Made by a program: the position numbers and the translations under genes. Of a DNA stretch of 64,000 nt, positions 13,860-24,829 are shown piece by piece. Origin of the DNA: Octopus bimaculoides (Eukaryota); NCBI RefSeq assembly GCF_001194135.2, contig NC_068994.1, positions 13,027,266 to 13,091,265 on the forward strand. Direction: 5' to 3'. The notes under the pieces are model-generated. The model saw only the letters and a program-made list of their open reading frames with translations, had not been told where the DNA came from and ran no database searches. Within the stretch, counting starts at the first letter, position 1. The number at the start of each line of letters is the position of its first letter.

Positions 13860-14274
13860 GGCGCGGAAGTGGCTGTGTGGTAAGTAGCTTGCTTACCAAC
13901 CACATGGTTCCAGGTTCAGTCCCACTGCGTGGCACCTTGGGTAAGTGTCTTCTACTATAGCCTCGGGCCGACCAAAGCCTTGTGAGTGGATTTAGTAGAC
14001 GGAAACTGAAAGAAGCCCGTCGTATATATATATATATATGTATATGTATGTGATGTGTGTGTGTGTGTATGTTTGTGTGTCTGTGTTTGTCCCCCCAGCA
14101 TAGCTTGACAACTGATGGTGGTGTGTTTACGTCCCCGTAACTTAGTGGTTCGGCAAAAGAAACCAATAGAATAAGTACTAGGCTTACAAAGAATAAGTCC
14201 TGGGGTCGATTAGCTCGACTAAAAGGTGATGCTCCAGCACGGCCACAGTCAAATGACTGAAACAAGTAAAAGAG
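13860..14274 (+). mobile_element. tRNA-headed SINE family A with internal TA/CA microsatellite
   Basis: Head gtggctgtgtggtaagtagcttgc...ggttcagtcccactg, core gtgtcttctactatagc, central (TA/TG)n, 3' end aaatgactgaaacaagtaaaagag. Confidence 0.85.
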
Positions 14275-14317
14275 TAACCAGATAATTTATTCTGGATAAT
14301 AAATGGTATTGTAAATA

Positions 14318-14500
14318 CTGTATTTTCTAGCATACAAGTCAAACTTTTCAGACCAAAATTAATCACCAAAGCAGATAGGTCAACTTATACACCACAATGA
14401 CTTTGGAGGACCAAAAATCCTGTGTGAAATGCAGTAGTAATTGGAAAGACATTGACAATGTTTCTATATACTGTCAACTAGTATGCTAAAAAAAATACAG
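14318..14500. mobile_element. Tc1/mariner-superfamily (pogo/Tigger-like) MITE
   Basis: TA|ctgtattttctagcatac ... gtatgctaaaaaaaatacag|TA. Confidence 0.65.
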
Positions 14501-14667
14501 TAGTTTTTCATTGGGAGCTGTTCTAACGGCACCAAAAGTGATTAGAAGACAAAACTAGCATCAAAAATCATTATCCTTATCACTAAATTGTTGCATTTGC
14601 ATGTTCCCTTGATGAAGTGTAGCCTCAAAGTTGTTTTAGAATAAGACCAGATATACTTATCTGTCTA

Positions 14668-15054
14668 GTGGAAGCTCAATGGCTCAGTGGTTAGGGCAGC
14701 GAACTCGTGGTCATAGGATCACGGTTTCGATCTCCAGACCGGGCGTTGTCAGTGTTTATTGAACGAAAAACACCTAAAAGCTCCACGAGGCTCCGGCAGG
14801 GGATGGTGGTGAACCCTGCTGTACTCTTTCACCACAACTTTCTCTCACTCTTATTTCCTGTTTCTGTTGTGCCTGTAATTCAAAGGGTCAGCCTTGTCAC
14901 ACTGTGTCATGCTGAATATCTCCGAGAACTACGCTAAGGGTACACGTGTCTGTGGAGTGCTCAGCCACTTGCACGTTAATTTCACGAGCAGGCTGTTCCA
15001 TTGATCAGATCAACTGGAACCCTCGTCGTCGGAAGCGACGGAGTACCAACAACA
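14668..15054 (+). mobile_element. tRNA-headed SINE family B, full length, 13-bp TSD
   Basis: Head gtggaagctcaatggctcagtggttagggcagc...tttcgatctcc, (CAA)n tail, flanked by acttatctgtcta at 14655-14667 and 15055-15067. Confidence 0.88.
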
Positions 15055-15279
15055 ACTTATCTGTCTACCTGTTGGTTACAATTAGAAAATTGTCTTTTGT
15101 TTGTTTGTTTTGCTGATTGTCATGTTTTTATCTTTTACTGGTTTCAGTCATTGGACTGCGACCATGCTAGAACACCTTGAAGGGTTTAGTCAAGGTTCTT
15201 TTTCTATCAGTTTCTTTTGCTGAAACTACTAAGTTATGGGGATGTAAACAAACCAACACCAGTTGTCAAGTGGTAGGGG

Positions 15280-15315
<36 letters not shown>

Positions 15316-16959
15316 ACTATGAGCTTCCATGCACTTTCTGTCTACCAAATTCACTCAGAAGGCATTGGTTGTCTTGGCTATAGTTTAGACACTCACCCAA
15401 GATGCCACACAGTAGGACTGAACCTGAAACAACATGATTGCAAAGCAAGCTTCCTAACCACACAGCCAAATATGTGTTTAATAGCTGTTTCTAGTAAGGC
15501 ACAAGGCCTGCAATATCAAGGTGCTGGGTGGTCAATATCATTGACTCACAATGCTAAACTGGTAATCAACTCCAGAAGGATGAAAAGCAAAGTTGACGTC
15601 AACAGGATTTAAACTCAAAACATAAAGAGCCAGAACAAATACCACAAAGCAATTTTGCTTTCAACTTCTGCCAACCCAGCGTCCCATGCAATATAACCTC
15701 AGTTGTGTATTTTCTAATATTTTTCTCTTATTTTTCCTTTTTCTTTTTTCTATGTTTTCTTTTTAAATTACTTCCAAACCATCGTTGAGATATATGATAA
15801 TTAATCGATGTGATTATTCTAATTGATAATTTTTCAGTTAATTAGCCCTCCGCCTTTCCTGTGCATCACATGTAATATATGGGACATATTTCCCTGACGT
15901 CCATGCATCATATATCATATTTTCTGGCATACAAGTCAACATAATACATAATATAAACATTCAAACATTGTCATTACCTTACATTATTTACGAAAACTAA
16001 AAGAAGCAACACATATGCTAGGACACAACAACCTCCTAAGCAGACCGAGTGCAGATATGAATAGCATATGGGAACCGGTATTGAGGAAAGATAGAAAAAT
16101 AATAGATTTATAAGCCCTAAAATTCACTCCATAATTGCCCATGGGCATATGGCGTAGTGGTTAAGAGCACTTATTTTGACTGTAAGTTTTGCTCAGAAAA
16201 ATTCAACTTGTATGCCTGAAAATACAGTATTATACATATTCCTATTATTTTCTCCGCCACTATTAACTTAGTACCTTTGAAAGAAAAGGTTTATGTTACT
16301 CAGAACATGTGAAACAAAGGCTAATGAACGATCTAAAAACAAGCATGGACGTTTAGAACAAACTTATGGAAATGCTTTGGACAGACAGAGGGTTAAAACT
16401 CTTCTAATGCCACATTCTTTTTCTTGATTTGATTTTGTTTCCCCTTTCACAGATCACAACTACTGGCTGTGCCGTGTAATGGTTACTACTATTAATACTA
16501 CAATTATTATTACTAATACTATTATATGTAATTTGTGTTAGCTGTAAATATTTTTATCAATGTATGTCTGTAAGCCTTTCCATAGTAAACTGTTTTATGC
16601 TGCAATTACTATATATATTACAACATATATAATTACTGGATATAACAAAGCATAGTTGTGTGATGAAGCAGTTTGCTTTGCAAATTTGGGGCTATAATAC
16701 AAGGCATTTTAAGGGTCTTCTAATAACCTCAAATTCACTCACAAAGCTGATCAGTGCCTTGTGAATGAATTTTGGAGTCAAAAACTGCGGGAAATTTCTG
16801 TAGGTGTGTGTGTGGTATGTGAGTTAGACAAATGTGCATGAATGTTGATATTTCAGGTTTGTCACTGAGTGAAATGGTGATGTTGACGTTAAGACTGGTT
16901 GTTCTGTACTTTTGAGGACCTCTGGAATAAAAAAAAAAATGTCCCTTACTTGAAAAATG

Positions 16960-17408
16960 GATAAGGGTTGGTGGTAGAGATGAATTCTTGATGCACAATA
17001 CCACATTTCTGGAGGTGTCACTTGTGGCAGGTCTTCCAGATTGCCCACTGTCTTCCAGAGACATTCTTCCACTTTTGAAGTGCCCATGCCACTCAAAACA
17101 TTGTGTACAATCCATTGCCTTTCACCTTAAGCTTACCAAAACATGCTAAATGTCTCTGTAACAGACTTCTCGAGTTTAAAACAAAATTTCACATTGGTTC
17201 TTTGTTCCTATCCAAGACAAAATCTCACATGACAGCATACACATGGTCAAAATTACACAAATTTCATAACTTGCAAAGTAAACACAGCAATGTCACTCAG
17301 CACACTGCTTCATGAAGGTCACTGCTAGCTCTTACTGTGCATGCAACCATGTGCTGCCATCTATTGGCACACTACAGAACTAATCCAGGAACTTTTTGAT
17401 GCAACACG

Positions 17409-17410
<2 letters not shown>
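16960..17410 (-). mobile_element. Degenerate mariner element: one TIR plus pseudogenised transposase N-terminus
   Basis: On -, tacgtgttgcatcaaaaagttcctgga resembles mariner termini. It is followed by EQRTNVKFCFKLEKSVTETF..(stops, frameshift)..TQCFEWHGHFKSGRMSLEDSGQSGRP, the mariner HTH region. Confidence 0.8.
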
Positions 17411-17439
<29 letters not shown>

Positions 17440-18522
17440 NNNNNNNNNNNNNNNNNNNNNNNNNNNNNNNNNNNNNNNNNNNNNNNNNNNNNNNNNNNNN
17501 NNNNNNNNNNNNNNNNNNNNNNNNNNNNNNNNNNNNNNNNNNNNNNNNNNNNNNNNNNNNNNNNNNNNNNNNNNNNNNNNNNNNNNNNNNNNNNNNNNNN
17601 NNNNNNNNNNNNNNNNNNNNNNNNNNNNNNNNNNNNNNNNNNNNNNNNNNNNNNNNNNNNNNNNNNNNNNNNNNNNNNNNNNNNNNNNNNNNNNNNNNNN
17701 NNNNNNNNNNNNNNNNNNNNNNNNNNNNNNNNNNNNNNNNNNNNNNNNNNNNNNNNNNNNNNNNNNNNNNNNNNNNNNNNNNNNNNNNNNNNNNNNNNNN
17801 NNNNNNNNNNNNNNNNNNNNNNNNNNNNNNNNNNNNNNNNNNNNNNNNNNNNNNNNNNNNNNNNNNNNNNNNNNNNNNNNNNNNNNNNNNNNNNNNNNNN
17901 NNNNNNNNNNNNNNNNNNNNNNNNNNNNNNNNNNNNNNNNNNNNNNNNNNNNNNNNNNNNNNNNNNNNNNNNNNNNNNNNNNNNNNNNNNNNNNNNNNNN
18001 NNNNNNNNNNNNNNNNNNNNNNNNNNNNNNNNNNNNNNNNNNNNNNNNNNNNNNNAAAAGGACGTGTGCGTTCAATAATGTAATAATACAAAGAGTATAT
18101 ATACATGTATACACACATATATGTACATACTTACATCTACATGTGTATATACATGCATATCAGGGTACAGGACGTTAGAACAATAAACTACAGACAACGG
18201 GACGAACATATAGGAAAACGGAAAGCCACTTGGAATATCCCTTCATCAGCTGTCTCTATTCTATCTAGACGTTTCAAAGATAAGACAGAACGTACTCTAG
18301 AATAGTCTCTTCCTGAGTAGTGGATCAACCCACTACACAGAGGATTCCAAGGTGGCAAACACAAACCAAGACAGGAAAAAATGGACAGTGAAAACAACTA
18401 TACATATACATATATTTATATATATATATTTTACTCTGTGAAACTTAATCTAATTTTAATTTTTAATAAATTGATTTTAATTGAGATTTTACCTGTAATT
18501 TTGGATTTTATCCCTAATATTA

Positions 18523-18559
<37 letters not shown>

Positions 18560-19429
18560 CAGAAAATGAATAGAAGAGGCTTTTCTGATAATTTTTCCAC
18601 TTTAATAATTAGATGTTTATGAGATTAAACTTGTAAACGTCTTTATTAAAGTATAAAAGTTATCAGAAAAGCCATTTCTATTCATTTTTTTTTTCCAAAT
18701 ATATAATACTGCATCAAGGACTTTCTATTTCTTATTCTACTGTGTATGTGTGTGTGATTGTGAGTATGTATGTGTGTATATTTGTATATGTGCTCATATA
18801 TAAATATACATATAAACACTATAGACTTCCACACAGTTTCACACACAAAAGGCATTAATCAGCCTGGGGCTATAGCAGAAGACACTCACCCAAGATGTCA
18901 CACAGTAGGACTGAACCTAAACCACATTTTGCAAAGCAAGCTTCTTAACCACATGGCCATACTTGCATCCATAAATTTTTATTTTTCTCACTTATTTTCA
19001 GCTTTAAATGTTTTTTTTTTTGTATAACTTGTTTAAATATACACCATGAATGCAGAAATGGAATGAATATTGTATAAATATCATTGATGATGTGTTACTG
19101 AAGAGCTGACTGTCTCTGTCTTTGGCTGGTCTAGTGGATGGAGGCCAATGATAACAGACAGACCTGCTTGTTGGCACCAGTGATAATGACAAAATTGACC
19201 TTTGGACAATGTTTTGATTTTAATTAGTATTAATTATATATTATTTATATTGTTTCACTTCCCTCTATATCTGTGTATGCATATATTTATATATATACAT
19301 ACATACATGCATACATATATATATATATTTATATGCATATATTATGCACATATATGCTCCCTCTCTGTTAGAAGGCACAAGCACTTACACACACTGCGGT
19401 AACTTCTGCCTACTAAATTCAATTACAAA

Positions 19430-19495
<66 letters not shown>

Positions 19496-20070
19496 NNNNN
19501 NNNNNNNNNNNNNNNNNNNNNNNNNNNNNNNNNNNNNNNNNNNNNNNNNNNNNNNNNNNNNNNNNNNNNNNNNNNNNNNNNNNNNNNNNNNNNNNNNNNN
19601 NNNNNNNNNNNNNNNNNNNNNNNNNNNNNNNNNNNNNNNNNNNNNNNNNNNNNNNNNNNNNNNNNNNNNNNNNNNNNNNNNNNNNNNNNNNNNNNNNNNN
19701 NNNNNNNNNNNNNNNNNNNNNNNNNNNNNNNNNNNNNNNNNNNNNNNNNNNNNNNNNNNNNNNNNNNNNNNNNNNNNNNNNNNNNNNNNNNNNNNNNNNN
19801 NNNNNNNNNNNNNNNNNNNNNNNNNNNNNNNNNNNNNNNNNNNNNNNNNNNNNNNNNNNNNNNNNNNNNNNNNNNNNNNNNNNNNNNNNNNNNNNNNNNN
19901 NNNNNNNNNNNNNNNNNNNNNNNNNNNNNNNNNNNNNNNNNNNNNNNNNNNNNNNNNNNNNNNNNNNNNNNNNNNNNNNNNNNNNNNNNNNNNNNNNNNN
20001 NNNNNNNNNNNNNNNNNNNNNNNNNNNNNNNNNNNNNNCCCATGCCAGGATGGAATAGAATATGTTACGA

Positions 20071-20520
20071 TGATTGATTGATAGATGGGTAGATTGATTG
20101 ATGAATAGATAGATTGATGGATGGATAGATAGACTGATGGATGGATAGATTGGTGGATAGAAGGATGGATTGATGGATAGATTGGTGGATAGATTGGTGG
20201 ATGGATTGATGGATAGATTGATGGATAGATTGATGGATGGATTGGTGGATAGATTGATGGATGGATTGATGGATAGATTGATGGATGGATTGGTGGATAG
20301 ATTGATGGATGGATTGGTGGATAGATTGATGGATAGATTGATGGGTGGATTGGTGGATTGATGGATAGATTGGTGGATAGATTGATGGATTGATGGATAG
20401 ATTGGTGGATAGATTGATGGATTGGTGGATAGATTGATGGATTGGTGGATAGATTGATGGATTGGTGGATAGAAGAATGGATTGATGGATAGATAGATTA
20501 ATATGTAGATTGATGGATAC
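20071..20520. repeat. Compound GATA/GATG/GATT microsatellite with 12-nt higher-order periodicity
   Basis: Repeating atggatagattg, gtggatagattg and atggatggattg units. Confidence 0.9.
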
Positions 20521-20630
20521 TTAGATACATGGAGAGATGGGTACATAGAGAGATGGACAGACAGACAGACAGATAAATAGACAGATAACATATTTATTTG
20601 TATTTTTATTGTTCTTTCTCTTCCTTTCAG

Positions 20631-20795
20631 ACTTTACAATAGTTGTGTGCCCTGGCCATGGAAGCAACAGTGAGAGCTGTTACATTGGTTCATTTGTCAG
20701 CCATGCACAGAGTCAAGGTTACCGTGTTGTCATCCAGAATCACCTTGGGACACTAAAGGATGTCAAACTCACTTCACCACGAGTTTTTAACTATG
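20631..20795 (+). CDS. ABHD2: ABHD2-like exon (DFTIVVCPGHGSNSESCYIGSFVSHAQSQGYRVVIQNHLGTLKDVKLTSPRVFNYG)
   Basis: Acceptor ttcctttcAG and donor GTaggt at 20796. Matches the ABHD2 CPG..S..YI..FV..AQ..GYR...NHLG...LTSPR.F.YG block. Phase 1 at both ends. Confidence 0.93.
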
Positions 20796-21527
20796 GTAGG
20801 TTAACAAATCATTTGCATGTCTCCATCTGTTACAAAATTCTTTTGCATTTTATAGTTCTTTGATAAGTGTGATTCCACAATACAATTGATTTTTGGTATC
20901 TGGGACATTATTTCGTGTATTTGTGTAAATTTTTATATAGCAAGTTATTGTAAGTGCTTCAGTCATTTGATTTTGACTGCGGCCATGCTGGGGCACCTCT
21001 TTGAAGAATTTTTTTTGTCAAATGAATCAACCGCAGTACTTATTTTTTTTAAAGTCTAATACTTCTGTTATTCAGTCTCTTTTGATGACCCACTAAGTTA
21101 CAGGGATATAAATACATCAACAGCTGTTGTCAAGTGGCGAGGAGACAAGTACACAAAGACACTCGCATGTACATATATATATATATATATATATAATGAG
21201 CTTCTTTCAGTTTCTGTCTACCAAATCCACTCAGGAGGCTTTGGTTGGCCTGAGGCTATAGTAGAAGACACTTTGCCCAAGACGCCACATCATGTGACTG
21301 AATCCAGAACCATGTGATTGGTAAGCAAACGTCTTACACCACACAACCACACCTGCATGAGAAATAGTGTCATTGATTATAGGTTTCCAGTGGGTCAGTT
21401 ACTAGTTTACTGCATTCCTAACATTAAGAGATATTAACTATGGTTTGTTTTTCATTCTTTTAACAAAGTCTTTATTATTATATCATTGCTTCATAACGTA
21501 ATGTTATTCCCAAGTTAAATCAACGTT

Positions 21528-22015
21528 AATGACTGAGCAAGTAATGAATTAATCGTAATTAATGATTGAGCAAGTAATAAATTAATCGTAGCTAATGACT
21601 GAGCAAGTAATAAATTAATCGTAGCTAATGACTGAGCAAGTAATAAATTAATCGTAGTTAATGACTGAGCAAGTAATAAATCAATCGTATTTAATGACTG
21701 AGCAAGTAATAAATTAATCGTAATTAATGACTGAGCAAGTAATAAATTAATCGTAGTTAATGACTGAGCAAGTAATAAATTAATCATAGCTAATGACTGA
21801 GCAAGTAATAAATTAATCATAGCTAATGACTGAGCAAGTAATAAATTAATCGTAGCTAATGACTGAGCAAGTAATAAATTAATTGTAGTTAATGACTGAG
21901 CAAGTAATAAATTAATCGTAATTAATGACTGAGCAAGTAATAAATTAATTGTAGTTAATGACTGAGCAAGTAATAAATTAATCGTAATTAATGACTGAGC
22001 AAGTAATAAATTAAT
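21528..22015. repeat. 33-bp minisatellite, 15 copies (aatgactgagcaagtaataaattaatcgtagtt)
   Basis: Unit starts every 33 nt from 21528 to 21990. Variation is mostly in the last 7 nt of the unit. Confidence 0.97.
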
Positions 22016-23385
22016 AAATTAAATAAACCGCCGGTGGAGTGTGTGCCACCAGCAGACGAGGCTCTGTCGGTGGAAAGTGTGCCACTGGCAGAGCAGTCTG
22101 AGATCCCTTCTCATGAGGAAGAGGAGTTTGTTCTCCTTTTTCACGAGGGAGGGACAGTGGACCGTTTTTTGGAAGGCCTGTGCGGCCAGGACCGTGAATG
22201 CTTGGCCTGCACAGATAGCCCAGTATGGCCTCCGCAGGTGATCGCGGAGGTTATAACAGTGGGAACCTTGTCAAAGGTCGTAGCGACCTTTGACAACGAA
22301 GAATACACCTCTCTCTTTATAGGCCCCAACCTGTCGATGTGGATTTGTCTGCAGGCGGCAGGTGAATTGCTTGGGGGCAATGAAGAGGAGGAGGATTGAG
22401 TGTAAACTTGAGAAATGATTTTCGTGACAATTGATGTATTATATGTTTGAAACAAATTAAATAAAAGAACAGTGATTTCGAGGGGCCATCGGTCGGCAGG
22501 TGCTGGTGCCCCTCTCATCCTCGTCATAAGTGCTATCATCTCACCTCATCCTTGTTGTGTCCAGCCTGTCTTGCTACTTTAGTAACTTCTTTGTACTGCC
22601 TGTGTGGCAAATTTAATGAATAAAAGTAATAAATTAATCTAACATGTAAATTATGTAATCTCACAAGGCTTTGATCAACCCAAGGCTGTAGTAGACATTT
22701 GCCCAATGTGCTGCACAGAAGGACTGAACATGAAATCACAAGCTTCTTAACTACAAGGGTCCATGCCTGCACCTTATCTCTATCTTAAATCTTTAACCCT
22801 TCAGTATTCAAACCGGCCATATCTGGCCCAAATATTCTACCTGTTTTATGTTCAAACTGGTTAGATCCAACCTCTCACACCTACCCTACAATTCCATTCT
22901 AAAAGTAAACAATAACATCATTGAAACCCCAAAACCATGAGATAAATACCTGATTAATTCAAAACAATGTGAATAAATAGGTATTTCATTTTAGAATAAT
23001 TTGAATGCTAAAGGAAAATTATGCCCAAGACCATATAATAAATTTACTGATGTCATAGCAGACAATGATCCTCCTTTCCTTCTTGTCAAGAATGCTCTTC
23101 TTAAATTTAAGACTTAATTTATTGTCAGCATTTGAAAGCAGTCAGTAGTTTCAAGTTTGTTTTACTGCTATGTTGAGCAGATTATGTCTTTACAAAAAAT
23201 GTTCATGTTAAGGTAGAATATCATTTAAATTATTGTAAAATACCTTTTTTCTTCTTAATTATAAGATAGATGTTTTTAAAAGGCTGGATAGTTTTATTGT
23301 TTTAAAGTAATTTTTTTTAAGCTTAAATTTCACCTAAATCAAAATTTGACTTCAAGATCTTTACATAATCATAACAATTTTATAT

Positions 23386-23418
<33 letters not shown>

Positions 23419-23432
23419 TTTTTCGTAATTAG

Positions 23433-23616
23433 GTAACACTGACGATTTCCATAGCATCACACTTGAGATACAAAAACTTTATCCGGATACTAAAATGAGT
23501 TTAGTTGGTTTTAGTATGGGGGCCAATATTGTTCTCAAGTACCTCGGAGAGAATTTTGAAAATCAGAAGCGCTTTCTCTGTGGCCTGTCAATTTGTCAAG
23601 GATATGATGCTAATTT
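23433..23616 (+). CDS. ABHD2: ABHD2-like exon carrying the nucleophile elbow GFSMG
   Basis: AG at 23431-23432 and GTaagt at 23617. Translation GNTDDFHSITLEIQKLYPDTKMSLVGFSMGANIVLKYLGE...CGLSICQGYDAN contains the GxSxG catalytic Ser. Confidence 0.93.
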
Positions 23617-24157
23617 GTAAGTACCATATATTTATCTTGCAAAAAAAAAAAAATATAAATTCGTTTTAATTTTTTTTTTTATCATTTTAAGTCAGAACAA
23701 AGCAAGTTTTAAAAGTAAACAGGTCAATAGTTTTACCTGGTATTTCAATATTTGAGATTTAGGACCCCTTCTTGAGCGAATCTTTGGAGGAAAGTTCTTA
23801 ATAGCTGAATTCTCTCTCTACTCCATAAATGATCTCTAATATCAAGATAAACAGTGCCTGACCTTGGAAGTGGGGCCCAGTTAGAATTTTCTTCAAGTCG
23901 AGTAGCCCATCTCACTCAAAAAGTCCCTGAATAAAGGTTGTTTAAGGATGATGAACAAGACTATAGTAGAAAACACTTGCCCAAGGAGCCATGCAATGGA
24001 ACTGAACTGGGAACCATGCAATTGGGAAGCAAACTTCATACCACAGCGACATCTGCCCCTATAAACAGCCACATCTATAACTCCTTTCATTTATTTTGTA
24101 TTATTTATTCCATAATCTGCATTTTCTATTCCATATCTATGCATTAAACTTCCTTGT

Positions 24158-24543
24158 GTGGAGGCGCAATGGCCCAGTGGTTAGGGCAGTGGACTTGCGG
24201 TCATAGGATCGTGGTTTCGATTCCCAGACCGGGCGTTGTGAGTGTTTATTGAGCAAAAACACCTAAAGCACCACGAGGCTCCGGCAGGGGATGGTGGCGA
24301 ACCCTGCTGTACTCTTTCACCACAACTTTCTCTCACTCTTTCTTCTTGTTTCTGTTGTGCCTGTAATTCAAAGGGTCATCCTTGTCACACTCTGTGTCAC
24401 GCTGAATATCCCTGAGAGCTATGTTAAGGGTACCCGTGTCTGTGGAGTGCTCAGCCACTTGTACGTTAATTTCACAAGCAGGCTGTTCCGTTGATCAGAT
24501 CAACTGGAACCCTTGTCGTTGTAAGCGACGGAGTGCCAACAAC
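24158..24543 (+). mobile_element. SINE family B, full length, 12-bp TSD
   Basis: Same consensus as the 14668 copy. TSD aaacttccttgt at 24146-24157 and 24544-24555. Confidence 0.9.
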
Positions 24544-24631
24544 AAACTTCCTTGTATTCATTTGTCTTTATACTTATATGCTCTTTCTTGTAGTTAATAT
24601 TTATCTTCTTTATTTTGAATATCAAATCCAG

Positions 24632-24829
24632 AGCTGTGTCCCACTACTTTGACACCCTGAGTCCATGCAGTGCCTACTTATTGCTGTTGACCACTCGCCA
24701 GAAATCACTGCTGTGGGAACATAAAGACGTATTGTTCAGTGATGAAGCGAAGAACAGATATGGAGCCCTAGATGAGGATCGCATCTTTAACTCACCCACT
24801 CTCTTGGAAATTGATGAATATTACAGCCG
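24632..24829 (+). CDS. ABHD2: ABHD2-like exon (AVSHYFDTLSPCSAYLLLLTTRQKSLLWEHKDVLFSDE...RIFNSPTLLEIDEYYSR)
   Basis: AG at 24630-24631 and GTtagt at 24830. Phase 2 in (tt+a=Leu) and phase 2 out. Aligns in position with the ABHD2 lid region ending ..SL.QIDD...R. Confidence 0.85.

Noticed and set aside
13774-14265. Recurring ORFs such as RRASFSFRLPNPLTRLWSARGYSRRHLPKVPRSGTEPGTMWL (also near 12764, 25969 and 28347)
   Set aside because: These are antisense readings of the family A SINE consensus, not a protein family.
18225-18335. CTGATGA and GAAACGTC on the - strand as a hammerhead
   Set aside because: The motifs are in an order that does not give paired stems I and II; at most a very decayed relic.
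19419-20591. 390-aa ORF on - (SINLSTNP repeats)
   Set aside because: Produced by the GATA/GATG microsatellite plus an N-gap.
21515-21820. 101-aa ORF with LLAQSL repeats on -
   Set aside because: It is simply the translation of the 33-bp minisatellite, with no splice or start context.
21528-22015. Possible CRISPR array (33-bp repeats)
   Set aside because: Units are directly adjacent with no unique spacers, no cas genes are present, and the context is a eukaryotic intron.
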